DNA of 64,000 nt from Eledone cirrhosa (Eukaryota). The position numbers were made by a program, and so were the translations under genes. This document shows, piece by piece, positions 1 to 13,562 of the stretch; positions within the stretch are counted from its first letter, which is position 1, and every line of letters starts with the position of its first letter. The notes beneath the pieces were generated by a model. It did not search any database. It saw only the letters and a program-made list of their open reading frames with translations, and was not told the DNA's origin. The DNA is taken from positions 370,078,001-370,142,000 of the forward strand of contig OZ024742.1 in the NCBI GenBank assembly GCA_964016885.1, in the 5' to 3' direction.

Positions 1-2000
1 GTGTACTTAATGATGATGGCGTACTTCCCATCACTGACAAGAAGGTAGCTTGGAAGTGTCACTACGAAAGGCTACTAAATGAGGAGAATAAATGGGAGAA
101 AGACAGTCTCCCCCACATCGACCCAATAGAGAGACCAGCAGTGTTAGTCGAAGGTAGTATAATAAGTAAGGCAATCAAAGATATGAAGACGGGTAAGGCG
201 GCTGGGCCTTCGGAAATAGTTGCTGAGATGCTGAAAGCCTCTGGAACGGTGGGACACACCATGGTCACCCGGATAGTAAACCAAGTCATACAGAATGGGG
301 TTGTTCCGAAGGACTGGCATAGCAGCATCATCATTAACTGTTACAAGGGTAAAGGAGATGCCCTAGATAGGAGTAACTATAGAGGCATTAAATTAATCGA
401 CCAGGTCATGAAGGTCACGGAAAAAGTAATAGCGCAACTAATCAGAGAGAGAATTGATCTAGATGAAATGCAGTTCGGGTTTGTGTCAGGCAAAAGTACC
501 ACATACGCTCTTTTCATTGTACGACAACTACAAGAGAAGTACCTAGCTAAAAGTAAACCCCTATACTTTGCTTTTGTCGACTTGGAGAAAGCGTTCGACA
601 GAGTCCCCCGTTCCATTATCTGGTGGGCTCTTAGAAAACTAGGTGTTGACGAATGGCTTGTGAGAGCTATACAAGCCATGTATAAAGAAACAGTCAGCAA
701 GGTCAGAATTAACAACGAATATAGTGAAGAGTTTAGCGTAAAAGTTGGTGTTCATCAGGGCTCTGTTCTTAGCCCCCTACTATTTATTATTGCCCTTCAG
801 GCTATAACAGTGGAGTTCAAAACCGGCTGCCCATGGGAACTCCTATACGCAGACGATCTAACGCTCATAGCTGAATCAATGGCCGAGCTAGAGTGCATAA
901 AAGATGTAGTGCGATCACAGGTAAGCTAACTAAGAACATAGATTTTACATGTGGCCGGTGCTCTGGTGCAATAAGTAGCAGCAAGTGCCCACAAAATACT
1001 AGCTCTTTCAATTGCGCAGAGGGTTCTATAGAAATAGTGGACAGCTTCCGTTACCTGGGTGACAAAATCAGCAGTGGGGGAGGATGCTCTGAAAGTACAG
1101 TAGCTAGAGTCAGAACTGGATGGAAAAAGTTCAGAGAGCTTATACCACTACTAGCCGCTAAAGGGTTCTCCCTAAAAATGAAAGGCAGGTTGTATGATGC
1201 CTGCATACGAACAGTAATGTTGCATGGCAGTGAGACCTGGGCATTGTGTGCAGAGGATATACGCAGACTAGAGAGGAACGAAGCTTGCATGCTCCGCTGG
1301 ATGTGTAATAGTAATATACGCGAACGGCAAAGTATAAACGAACTAAGGGAAAAATTAGAAATAAGAGCGATCAGATGTTTAGTCGAGAGAAGGCTACGTT
1401 GGTATGGTCACGTGATGCGCATAAAAGACGACAGCTGTATAAAAAAGTGCAGGGCAATAAAGATAGACGGTAGCCACGGAGTAGGCAGACCCAGAAAAAC
1501 CTGGCACGACCTGATAAATTCCGACCTCACACACTTACACCTCTCCAAGACAATGTCACTGGACCGAGATCTTTGGCGGTACTCAGTAATAGAGAAGACC
1601 CGCCTTACCTAAATACAAAGTAAAACCTACTACAGTCAGTAGGCATCTCTAACAAAATACACCCCCGTCCCACCACCCCCACCCCATCCACACCGCCCCT
1701 TTCAATGTAAAGTTATGTTGGTGCCACAACATCCAGGCCGAAACAAATGAGATCGTGTAGGTGTCACGACAAAAAAACACACAGTCCACGCTGTAATGTG
1801 ACCGTGTAGGCAACACGGTAAAAACCTTCCAGACCCACACTGTAAATGTGGTTGGTGTTAGGAAGGGCATCCAGCTGTAGAAAACCCACCAGACAGTCCT
1901 ATGCGAACAAGACAACCACTCTTGCCTCAAATGGGAAAACTCCCGTCCAAACCCATGCAAGCGTGGAAGATGGACGTTAAACGATGATGATGATGATGAT
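1..2000 (+). mobile_element. RTE-clade LINE family A, copy A1 (continues beyond the left edge of the window; degraded)
   Basis: RT motifs [19 protein letters not shown] and LLYADDL in ORF 141-929; C-terminal RLRWYGHV and GRPRKTW in ORF 893-1612. A ~187-bp deletion with frameshift near 893 relative to copy A4. The 3'UTR ends in cccatgcaagcgtgg...ggacgttaaac followed by (GAT)n. Confidence 0.95.
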
Positions 2001-2102
2001 ATAGAATACATACATATTATTATATATCTACATATACTTTGAAATAAACTATTTTGTCATTTGAAGAATTTGTAAAGAAAACTAGAAATAATTTCTGGTA
2101 TG

Positions 2103-2229
2103 TAGACACACAGACAGACACACATATACACATATACAATAGACAGACACACATATACAACAGACAGACACACACACATATACAACAGACATACACACAC
2201 ACATATACAACACTATACACAAGAGACAT

Positions 2230-2260
<31 letters not shown>

Positions 2261-2398
2261 ACAGACATACACAAATATACAACACCATACACAAGAGACA
2301 TACACACACACACACATATACAACAGACATACACACACACATGCAACAGACACTATACACAAGACACACACACACATGCAACAGACACTACACAAGAG

Positions 2399-2427
<29 letters not shown>
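2103..2427. repeat. Compound (CA)n / CATA microsatellite
   Basis: Seen directly; the HT/CV-rich ORFs here are artefacts. Confidence 0.9.
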
Positions 2428-2430
<3 letters not shown>

Positions 2431-2771
2431 GAGTTGATTAGAATGACTTGCTGCTATTGAAAACAGACTCCTCTCTCTTCTGGTGGAGGTTGTTTTGTTT
2501 GTAATGGTTTCTTGTTGAGGCAGTGGTGGCCTTCATGGTATCCTCACATCCATGACATCCCCGCTGAGGGGGATTTCATTGACATTCCTCCTAGACTGCT
2601 GCTAGGAAAGTATGTTGAGGCAACAGATTTCCAGGGGGTCCATTGTTCTGGGGAGAAAGGATTGGCCATTGTCGTTGATGCAACAGGAATATATACATCT
2701 ATAAATACTGTGAAGCTAGGGACACAATAGTGACATATGACATGTTTTGAGTACTTTAACTCTGAATACAG
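2428..2771 (-). other. Candidate 3'UTR (terminal) exon of the FAM174-like gene; 3' boundary unknown
   Basis: Unique non-repetitive block starting at a minus-strand acceptor (ctccctctccag|ctg) after a TC/AC-rich tract. The donor at 12382 needs a downstream exon. No clear polyA signal seen. Confidence 0.3.
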
Positions 2772-3058
2772 CTGGAGAGGGAGTGTGTGTGGGTGTGATG
2801 TAGAGAGAGAGAGAGAGGGAGAGAGGTTTGTGATGTAGGGAGAGGGAGAGTGTGTATGTGTGTGATGTAGGGAGAGTGTGTGTGTGTGATGTAGGGAGAG
2901 AGGGAGAGTGTGTGTGATGTAGACAGAGAGAGAGAGATTCCCCTTATACTGTGAATATTTATGGATGTCTCTGTGCTGGAAGGTTTTTCATGATAATAAC
3001 CCCATTGCTAGAAAAGAAATCTAACAAGGCCTTTCCATTTGTATTTAGACTGAAATGA

Positions 3059-6000
3059 CCACTTTAATGTGTGGCTGGCTGCTTTTTCTGTGACACCAGC
3101 ACTATCACTCTACAGTGTGGCTGGCTGCTTTTTCTGTGACACCAGCACTATCACTTTACAGTGTGGCTGGCTGCTTTTTGTTGTGACACAAGCACTATCA
3201 CTTTACAGTGTGGCTGGCTGCTTTTTCTGTGACACCAGCACTATCACTTTACAGTGTGGCTGGCTGCTTTTTCTGTGACACCAGCACTATCACTTTACAG
3301 TGTGGCTGGCTGCTTTTTGTTGTGACACAAGCACTATCACTTTACAGTGTGGCTGGCTGCTTTTTGTTGTGAGACCAGCACTATCACTTTACAGTGTGGA
3401 CAGGGCGCTTTTTGTTGTGACACCAGCACTATCACTTTACTGTGTGGATAGGCTGCTTTTTGTTGTGACACCAGCACTATCACTTTACAGTGTGGACAGG
3501 GCGCTTTTTGTTGTGACACCAGCACTATCACTCTACAGTGTGGCTGGCTGCTTTTTCTGTGACACCAGCACTATCACTTTACAGTGTGGCTGGCTGCTTT
3601 TTGTTGTGACACAAGCACTATCACTTTACAGTGTGGCTGGCTGCTTTTTCTGTGACACCAGCACTATCACTTTACAGTGTGGCTGGCTGCTTTTTCTGTG
3701 ACACCAGCACTATCACTTTACAGTGTGGCTGGCTGCTTTTTGTTGTGACACAAGCACTATCACTTTACAGTGTGGCTGGCTGCTTTTTGTTGTGAGACCA
3801 GCACTATCACTTTACAGTGTGGACAGGGCGCTTTTTGTTGTGACACCAGCACTATCACTTTACTGTGTGGATAGGCTGCTTTTTGTTGTGACACCAGCAC
3901 TATCACTTTACTGTGTGGACTGGTTGCTTTTTGTTGTGACACCAGCACTATCACTTTACTGTGTGGACTGGCTGCTTTTTGTTGTGAGACCAGCACTATC
4001 ACTTTACAGTGTGGCTGGCTGCTTTTTGTTGTGAGACCAGCACTATCACTTTACAGTGTGGCTGGCTGCTTTTTGTTGTGACACCAGCACTATCACTTTA
4101 CAGTGTGGACAGGGCACTTTTTGTTGACACAAGCACTATCACTTTACTGTGTGGACTGGTTACTTTTTGTTGTGACACCAGCACTATCACTTTACAGTGT
4201 GGACAGGGCGCTTTTTGTTGTGACACCAGCACTATCACTTTACAGTGTGGACAGGGCACTTTTTGTTGTGACACCAGCACTATCACTTTACTGTGTGGAC
4301 TGGCTGCTTTTTGTGCTGACACCAGCACTATCACTTTACAGTGTGGACAGGGTGCTTTTTGTTGTGACACCAGCACTATCACTTTACAGTGTGGACAGGG
4401 CACTTTTTGTTGTGACACAAGCACTATCACTTTACTGTGTGGACTGGTTGCTTTTTGTTGTGACACCAGAACTATCACTTTACAGTGTGGACAGGGCACT
4501 TTTTGTTGTGACACCAGCACTATCACTTTACTGTGTGGACTGGCTGCTTTTTGTGCTGACACCAGCACTATCACTTTACAGTGTGGACAGGGCGCTTTTT
4601 GTTGTGACACCAGCACTATCACTTTACAGTGTGGACAGGGCACTTTTTGTTGTGACACAAGCACTATCACTTTACTGTGTGGACTGGTTGCTTTTTGTTG
4701 TGACACCAGCACTATCACTTTACAGTGTGGACAGGGCACTTTTTGTTGTGAGACAAGCACTATCACTTTACTGTGTGGACTGGCTGCTTTTTGTGCTGAC
4801 ACCAGCACTATCACTTTACAGTGTGGACAGGGCGCTTTTTGTTGTGACACCAGCACTATCACTTTACAGTGTGGACAGGGCACTTTTTGTTGTGACACCA
4901 GCACTATCACTTTACAGTGTGGACAGGGCACTTTTTGTTGTGACACAAGCACTATCACTTTACAGTGCAGACTGGCTGCTTTTTGTTGTGACACCAGCAC
5001 TATCACTTTACTGTGTGGACAGGCTGCTTTTTGTTGTGACACCAGCACTATCACTTTACAGTGTGGACAGGGCGCTTTTTGTTGTGACACCAGCACTATC
5101 ACTTTACAGTGTGGACAGGGCGTTTTTTGTTGTGACACCAGCACTATCACTTTACAGTGTGGACTGGCTGCTTTTTGTTGTGACACCAGCACTATCACTT
5201 TACAGTGTGGACTGGCTGCTTTTTGTTGTGACACCAGCACTATCACTTTACTGTGTAGACTGGCTGCTTTTTGTTGTGACACCAGCACTATCACTTTACA
5301 GTGTGGACTGGCTGCTTTTTGTTGTGACACCAGCACTGTCACTTTACAGTGTGGACGGGGCGCTTTTTGTTGTGACACCTGCACTATCACTTTACAGTGT
5401 GGACTGGCTGCTTTTTGTTGTGACACCAGCACTATCACTTTACTGTGCGGACTGGCTGCTTTTTGTTGTGACACCAGCACTATCACTTTACAATGCAGAC
5501 TGGCTGCTTTTTGTTGTGACACCTGCACTATCACTTTACAGTGTGGACGGGGCGCTTTTTGTTGTGACACCTGCACTATCACTTTACAGTGTGGACTGGC
5601 TGCTTTTTGTTGTGACACCAGCACTATCACTTTACAGTGTGGACAGGGCACTTTTTGTTGTGACACCAGCACTATCACTTTACTGTGTAGACTGGCTGCT
5701 TTTTGTTGTGACACCAGCACTATCACTTTACAGTGTGGACTGGCTGCTTTTTGTTGTGACACCAGCACTATCACTTTACAGTGTGGACTGGCTGCTTTTT
5801 GTTGTGACACCAGCACTATCACTTTACTGTGTGGACTGGCTGCTTTTTGTTGTGAGACCAGCACTATCACTTTACAGTGTGGCTGGCTGCTTTTTGTTGT
5901 GAGACCAGCACTATCACTTTACAGTGTGGCTGGCTGCTTTTTGTTGTGACACCAGCACTATCACTTTACAGTGTGGACAGGGCACTTTTTGTTGACACAA

Positions 6001-9000
6001 GCACTATCACTTTACTGTGTGGACTGGTTACTTTTTGTTGTGACACCAGCACTATCACTTTACAGTGTGGACAGGGCGCTTTTTGTTGTGACACCAGCAC
6101 TATCACTTTACAGTGTGGACAGGGCACTTTTTGTTGTGACACCAGCACTATCACTTTACTGTGTGGACTGGCTGCTTTTTGTGCTGACACCAGCACTATC
6201 ACTTTACAGTGTGGACAGGGTGCTTTTTGTTGTGACACCAGCACTATCACTTTACAGTGTGGACAGGGCACTTTTTGTTGTGACACAAGCACTATCACTT
6301 TACTGTGTGGACTGGTTGCTTTTTGTTGTGACACCAGAACTATCACTTTACAGTGTGGACAGGGCACTTTTTGTTGTGACACCAGCACTATCACTTTACT
6401 GTGTGGACTGGCTGCTTTTTGTGCTGACACCAGCACTATCACTTTACAGTGTGGACAGGGCGCTTTTTGTTGTGACACCAGCACTATCACTTTACAGTGT
6501 GGACAGGGCACTTTTTGTTGTGAGACAAGCACTATCACTTTACTGTGTGGACTGGCTGCTTTTTGTGCTGACACCAGCACTATCACTTTACAGTGTGGAC
6601 AGGGCGCTTTTTGTTGTGACACCAGCACTATCACTTTACAGTGTGGACAGGGCACTTTTTGTTGTGACACCAGCACTATCACTTTACAGTGTGGACAGGG
6701 CACTTTTTGTTGTGACACAAGCACTATCACTTTACAGTGCAGACTGGCTGCTTTTTGTTGTGACACCAGCACTATCACTTTACTGTGTGGACAGGCTGCT
6801 TTTTGTTGTGACACCAGCACTATCACTTTACAGTGTGGACAGGGCGCTTTTTGTTGTGACACCAGCACTATCACTTTACAGTGTGGACAGGGCGTTTTTT
6901 GTTGTGACACCAGCACTATCACTTTACAGTGTGGACTGGCTGCTTTTTGTTGTGACACCAGCACTATCACTTTACAGTGTGGACTGGCTGCTTTTTGTTG
7001 TGACACCAGCACTATCACTTTACTGTGTAGACTGGCTGCTTTTTGTTGTGACACCAGCACTATCACTTTACAGTGTGGACTGGCTGCTTTTTGTTGTGAC
7101 ACCAGCACTGTCACTTTACAGTGTGGACGGGGCGCTTTTTGTTGTGACACCTGCACTATCACTTTACAGTGTGGACTGGCTGCTTTTTGTTGTGACACCA
7201 GCACTATCACTTTACTGTGCGGACTGGCTGCTTTTTGTTGTGACACCAGCACTATCACTTTACAATGCAGACTGGCTGCTTTTTGTTGTGACACCTGCAC
7301 TATCACTTTACAGTGTGGACGGGGCGCTTTTTGTTGTGACACCTGCACTATCACTTTACAGTGTGGACTGGCTGCTTTTTGTTGTGACACCAGCACTATC
7401 ACTTTACAGTGTGGACAGGGCACTTTTTGTTGTGACACCAGCACTATCACTTTACTGTGTAGACTGGCTGCTTTTTGTTGTGACACCAGCACTATCACTT
7501 TACAGTGTGGACTGGCTGCTTTTTGTTGTGACACCAGCACTATCACTTTACAGTGTGGACTGGCTGCTTTTTGTTGTGACACCAGCACTATCACTTTACA
7601 GTGTGGACTGGCTGCTTTTTGTTGTGATACCTGCACTGTCACTTTACAGTGTGGACTGGCTGCTTTTTGTTGTGACACCAGCACTATCACTTTACAGTGT
7701 GGACAGGGCACTTTTTGTTGTGACACCAGCACTATCACTTTACTGTGTAGACTGGCTGCTTTTTGTTGTGACACCAGCACTATCACTTTACAGTGTGGAC
7801 TGGCTGCTTTTTGTTGTGACACCAGCACTATCACTTTACAGTGTGGACTGGCTGCTTTTTGTTGTGACACCAGCACTATCACTTTACAGTGTGGACAGGG
7901 CACTTTTTGTTGTGACACCAGCACTATCACTTTACTGTATAGACTGGCTGCTTTTTGTTGTGACACCAGCACTATCACTTTACAGTGTGGACTGGCTGCT
8001 TTTTGTTGTGACACCAGCACTATCACTTTACAGTGTGGACTGGCTGCTTTTTGTTGTGATACCTGCACTGTCACTTTACAGTGTGGACTGGCTGCTTTTT
8101 GTTGTGACACCAGCACTATCACTTTACAGTGTGGACAGGGCACTTTTTGTTGTGACACCAGCACTATCACTTTACTGTGTAGACTGGCTGCTTTTTGTTG
8201 TGACACCAGCACTATCACTTTACAGTGTGGACTGGCTGCTTTTTGTTGTGACACCAGCACTATCACTTTACAGTGTGGACTGGCTGCTCTTTGTTGTGAC
8301 ACCAGCACTATCACTTTACAGTGTGGACAGGGCACTTTTTGTTGTGACACCAGCACTATCACTTTACTGTGTAGACTGGCTGCTTTTTGTTGTGACACCA
8401 GCACTATCACTTTACAGTGTGGACTGGCTGCTTTTTGTTGTGACACCAGCACTATCACTCTACTGTGTGGACAGGCTGCTTTTTGTTGTGACACCAGCAC
8501 TATCACTTTACAGTGTGGACAGGGCACTTTTTGTTGTGACACCAGCACTATCACTTTACTGTGTGGACTGGCTGCTTTTTGTTGTGACACCAGCACTATC
8601 ACTTTACAGTGTGGACTGGCTGCTTTTTGTTGTGACACCAGCACTATCACTTTACAGTGTGGACTGGCTGCTTTTTGTTGTGACACCAGCACTATCACTC
8701 TACTGTGTGGACTGGCTGCTTTTTGTTGTGACACCAGCACTATCACTTTACAGTGTGGACTGGCTGCTTTTTGTTGTGACACCAGCACTATCACTTTACA
8801 GTGTGGACTGGCTGCTTTTTGTTGTGACACCAGCACTATCACTTTACAGTGTGGACTGGCTGCTTTTTGTTGTGATACCTGCACTGTCACTTTACAGTGG
8901 GGACTGGCTGCTTTTTGTTGTGACACCAGCACTATCACTTTACAGTGTGGACTGGCTGCTTTTTGTTGTGACACCAGCACTATCACTCTACTGTGTGGAC

Positions 9001-10888
9001 AGGCTGCTTTTTGTTGTGACACCTGCACTATCACTTTACAGTGCGGACGGGGCACTTTTTGTTGTGATACCTGCACTGTCACTTTACAGTGTGGACTGGC
9101 TGCTTTTTGTTGTGACACCAGCACTATCACTTTACAGTGTGGACAGGCTGCTTTTCGTTGTGACACCAGCACTATCAGTTTACAGTGAGAACTGGCTGCT
9201 TTTTGTTGTGACCCCAGCACTATCACTTTACAGTGTGGACAGGCTGCTTTTCGTTGTGACCCCAGCGCTATCAGTTTACAGTGAGAACTGGCTGCTTTTT
9301 GTTGTGACACCAGCACTATCACTTTACAGTGTGGACAGGGCACTTTTTGTTGTGACACCAGCACTATCACTTTACAGTGCAGACTGGCTGCTTTTTGTTG
9401 TGACACCAGCACTATCACTTTACAGTGCAGACTGGCTGCTTTTCGTTGTGACACCAGCACTATCAGTTTACAGTGAGAACTGGCTGCTTTTTGTTGTGAC
9501 CCCAGCACTATCAGTTTACAGTGAGAACTGGCTGCTTTTTGTTGTGACACCAGCACTATCACTTTACAGTGTGCACAGGGCACTTTTTGTTGTGACACCA
9601 GCACTATCACTTTACTGTGTGGACAGGGCGCTTTTTGTTGTGACACCAGCACTATCACTTTACAGTGTGGACAGGGCGCTTTTTGTTGTGACACCAGCAC
9701 TATCACTTTACAGTGTGGACAGGGCACTTTTTGTTGTGACACCAGCACTATCACTTTACAGTGTGGACTGGCTGCTTTTTGTTGTGACACCAGCACTATC
9801 ACTTTACAGTGTGGACAGGGCACTTTTTGTTGTGACACCAGCACTATCACTTTACTGTGTGGACAGGGCACTTTTTGTTGTGACACCAGCACTATCACTT
9901 TACTGTGTGGACAGGGCACTTTTTGTTGTGACACCAGCACTATCACTTTACTGTGTGGACAGGGCACTTTTTGTTGTGACACCAGCACTATCACTTTACA
10001 GTGTGGACTGGCTGCTTTTTGTTGTGACACCAGCACTATCACTTTACTGTGTGGACAGGGCACTTTTTGTTGTGACACCAGCACTATCACTCTACAGTGT
10101 GGACTGGCTGCTTTTTGTTGTGACACCAGCACTATCACTTTACAGTGTAGACTGGCTGCTTTTTGTTGTGACACCAGCACTATCACTTTACTGTGTGGAC
10201 AGGGCACTTTTTGTTGTGACACCAGCACTATCACTCTACAGTGTGGACTGGCTGCTTTTTGTTGTGACACCAGCACTATCACTTTACAGTGTGGACTGGG
10301 CACTTTTTGTTGTGACAGAAGCACTATCACTTTACTGTGTGGACAGGGCACTTTTTGTTGTGACACCAGCACTATCACTTTACAGTGTGGACTGGCTGCT
10401 TTTTGTTGTGACACCAGCACTATCACTTTACAGTGTGGACTGGGCACTTTTTGTTGTGACACAAGCACTATCACTTTACTGTGTGGACAGGCTGCTTTTT
10501 GTTGTGACACCAGCACTATCACTTTACAGTGTGGACAGGGCACTTTTTGTTGTGACACAAGCACTATCACTTTACTGTGTGGACAGGCTGCTTTTTGTTG
10601 TGACACCAGCACTATCACTTTACTGTGTGGACAGGGCACTTTTTGTTGTGACACAAGCACTATCACTTTACTGTGTGGACAGGCTGCTTTTTGTTGTGAC
10701 ACCAGCACTATCACTTTACTGTGTGGACTGGCTGCTTTTTGTTGTGACCCCAGCACTATCACTTTACTGTGCGGACTGGCTGCTTTTTGTTGTGACCCCA
10801 GCACTAACACTTTACTGTGCGGACTGGCTGCTTTTTGTTGTGACCCCAGCACTATCACTTTACTGTGTGAACTGGCTGCTTTTTGTTT
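3059..10888. repeat. 48-bp satellite, ~160 copies, derived from the RTE UTR module
   Basis: Unit cactttacagtgtggactggctgctttttgttgtgacaccagcactat (some 46-47-bp variants). It matches 44559-44606 at 41/48 positions without gaps. Higher-order duplication with a 1868-bp offset (4009 vs 5877). Confidence 0.97.
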
Positions 10889-10893
10889 AAATA

Positions 10894-12182
10894 CAGGGTG
10901 GGGTATAATTCCTGTTACAAAGTTTTAAATCAATTTAAAAATACATTATGTTGCTAATATAACTAATATATTTGTATAAAATCCATGCACTATAACCATA
11001 TTAACTATTGTTCAGGACATTACTCCATTAACAATTTGCAATGTCCATAAAATTGAAAAGAAAGTTCATGATAGAGAAGCATGAAAAAGACCTGACCCCA
11101 CCCAAGATATTTAAACTGGGGAAAATTCTTAAGATTAATAGAATGTTGATCAAAAGGACAATGGATCGCTTTAAGGAAACTTCCTCAACTAAAGACAGAC
11201 CTCAATCCGGACGCCCGCGCACCTCAACACCAAAACTCGTTAAAAGTGTGAGGGAAAAAATAAGGCGTAATCCAAGAAGGTCCATGAGAAAAATGGTAGA
11301 AGAAGCAGAAACATCGCCGAGAACTATGTGGAGGATATGTCGAGATGATCTGGGGATGTCACCCTATAAGTTCCAAAAGAGGCAGCTTCTTTCTGCAGCC
11401 ACAATTGAAAAGAGGCTCTCCAGAAGTTATTGAACCGTATCAAGGATGGCACGCTACAAAACATCATCTTTACAGATGAGAAGTTATTCACTGTGCAGCA
11501 GTCTCACAATTATCAAAATGATCGAGTACTTGCAAAAAGTCTCAAATCAATTCCTTCAAGTGTAGGAAAAGTGTTCAGAACACAGAAATGAGCATCAGTG
11601 ATGGTTTGGGCAGCCATTTCTGAAAGAGGGAAGTCTCTTCTGATTTTTGTGCCTCAAGGAGTCAAAATTAACAAAGAACTTTACATAAAGGATATTTTGG
11701 AAGGAGCACTGATGCCATGGTGCACATGTGTTTATGGCGATGACATTTGGATTCTCCAACAAGATGGAGCGACGAGCCACACTGCTTGCATAACACAACA
11801 GTGGTGTAGAGACCATTGTCCTGCATGGTTCAGTAAAGAAGAGTGGCCTCCCACATCACCAGATCTCAACCCTCTCGATTTTTCTTTATTGTCAGTTCTT
11901 GGGAGTGAAGCCTGCTCTACTCCTAGCCAAAATATTGACACCCTAAAATCAAAACTGAATAAAGTATGGGAGAAAATACCCATGGAAACTGTTCGTGCAG
12001 CCATCGAAGACTTTCCTAGAAGTCTTCGAGCAGTAGTGAGAGCTAGAGGAAAGCATTTCGAATAAATTTTGTGCAGTTGTTTAATAGTATATTACTATTT
12101 GTTGAAGTCAGATCTTGAAATAAATGTTTTTTTCAAGAACTATTTGCATTTTATTTTGTAACAGTTTTTATGCCCCACCCTG
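10894..12182 (+). mobile_element. Tc1/mariner DNA transposon, DD37D (maT) type; full length, inactive
   Basis: 29-bp TIRs cagggtggggtataattcctgttacaaaa / ttttgtaacagtttttatgccccaccctg (4 mismatches), with TA on both sides (10892-10893, 12183-12184); 1289 bp long. Confidence 0.95.
11041..12065 (+). pseudogene. DD37D transposase pseudogene
   Basis: GRPR motif, IIFTDEKLFTV (D1), LQQDGA (D2) and WPPTSPDLNPLD (D3, 37 residues after D2). Frameshift near 11425 and an in-frame TGA near 11589. Confidence 0.93.
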
Positions 12183-12388
12183 TATAAGGAAGAACACTTT
12201 AAAATGGATAGTTTTGTGTCAGAAAACCATGGGTGGTTTCAGGCAGGCTCTTATCAAAAGAGTTAATAGTATTCAAGTGGTCAATCATCCAAATATCTTG
12301 ACCACATTCATACCTATTGTGTTTTAATTGGACTGGATGAGAGTAAATGGCGTTTTAACAGTGCCACATGAAAGGTACATACCTGACT

Positions 12389-12530
12389 TTACTTGGGTTT
12401 TCCATTCAGCTCGAAAACTGTCATATCCTCATCATCATCATCACCCTGATCTAATGGCGCCATCTCAAGATCTGATGCTGGGGTGGTTATGATTCCATAT
12501 TTCTTGGATTTGCTGCGACGCCGTCGTAAT
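12389..12530 (-). CDS. FAM174: Last coding exon of a FAM174-family single-pass membrane protein (exon 12383-12530)
   Basis: Acceptor ttttacttccatttag|A, then LRRRRSKSKKYGIITTPASDLEMAPLDQGDDDDEDMTVFELNGKPK-stop, 6 nt of UTR and donor cag|gtatgt. The basic patch, YxII, EMAPL, acidic run and TVF match the FAM174A/B cytoplasmic tail as recalled. Confidence 0.88.
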
Positions 12531-12721
12531 CTAAATGGAAGTAAAATGACAGTTCATAATCTACCACATTAACAAGACATTCTTGAACCCTACAAAAGAG
12601 CATTATAATTATATTACATTAAAATCTTTAATTATTGTAAATTTTCAGTCTGTCCACTAGTAAAGGTTCTATAAACATTTGAATAAACAAACCCACTTTT
12701 AATATTTTCTGAATCACAGGA

Positions 12722-12835
12722 TGGTAGATTTAGCAGAATTGGTAGAGCATCAGAAAGAAATGTGGTGTTTGTCTTACTAAGGTTAATTTTTGCCTTTCAA
12801 ACTTCCAAGGTTGATAAAATACCAAAGAACTACTG
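12722..12835 (+). mobile_element. Degenerate tRNA-derived SINE (Nin-domain-like)
   Basis: A-box-like tagcagaattgg and ttgcctttcaaacttccaaggttgataaaatacca; similar to the copies at 13425, 23335, 53460 and 57000. Confidence 0.55.
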
Positions 12836-13070
12836 AGACAAAATCAACTTTGTCCTGTCTTCACATGGCGTCGTAATTAGAAACCAATATTTTCTGCTAA
12901 ATCATTACAGAGTGTTAAGAGTTAATGAGGACACCATTTCTTCTTTCTTTATTTCCTATTTGTTGGTTTGGTAAAAGAAGGCAGTGTTCACGACTATTTG
13001 CAGGGCCTCCAACACAGGAGGGGGTGGAAGATATGGAGGAAGAGAGAAAGAGAAGGGAGGAAACAAGTCA

Positions 13071-13238
13071 CCATATTTCCCGGCATTGAAAACACTTCTT
13101 TTTTCCTAAAATAAGTCTCAAAAATCTCCCATGTGTTCCGGAAGCCGAAGGATGTTTATTATTTATTTTCAAATTTTTGGTCGTCAAAATTAGGGTGTGT
13201 CCTCAAAGACAAAGTGTCTTCGGTGCCGGGAAATACGG
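13071..13238. mobile_element. 168-bp Tc1/mariner-type MITE with CCGTA termini
   Basis: Imperfect TIRs ccatatttcccggcattgaaaacact / agtgtcttcggtgccgggaaatacgg, followed by TA. Confidence 0.8.
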
Positions 13239-13424
13239 TAATCTCAAACTGGAGACATGACTGAATGCTTGCAACAGAGTGTACTCTGTTAAAGACATCC
13301 AAGGGTGAGATACTAACTGACCAACCTGACAGATTCAGTCTATTACCCAAATAGGTCCCAGTAAGAACTTGGAACATACAGGATAACATGTTAGTGCATT
13401 CAGAATATAAAGACCACCCCCACA

Positions 13425-13562
13425 GGGACCAGTATTTTATTCAATCACACTGAAAGGGTAAAAGGCAAAGTTGACCTCAGTGGGATATGAAACTCAGAAT
13501 GTAGGGAACTGGAATAAATACAATAAGGGGATTTTGTGTGTTGCTCTAACGCTCCTGTCAAA
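13425..13562 (-). mobile_element. tRNA-derived SINE (Nin-domain-like), degenerate
   Basis: aaaggcaaagttgacctc...aactcagaa, shared with 23335-23480 and 57170-57290. Confidence 0.65.

Noticed and set aside
2512-2730. 72-aa plus-strand ORF and a 75-codon antisense frame
   Set aside because: No recognisable motif; if exonic, the region is more likely 3'UTR because the upstream exon already contains the stop codon.
4009-10890. Cys-rich or hydrophobic ORFs of 590-1639 aa in three frames
   Set aside because: They result from a 48-bp unit that lacks stops in several frames; they are open on both strands, broken by 46/47-bp units, and the unit is UTR-derived.
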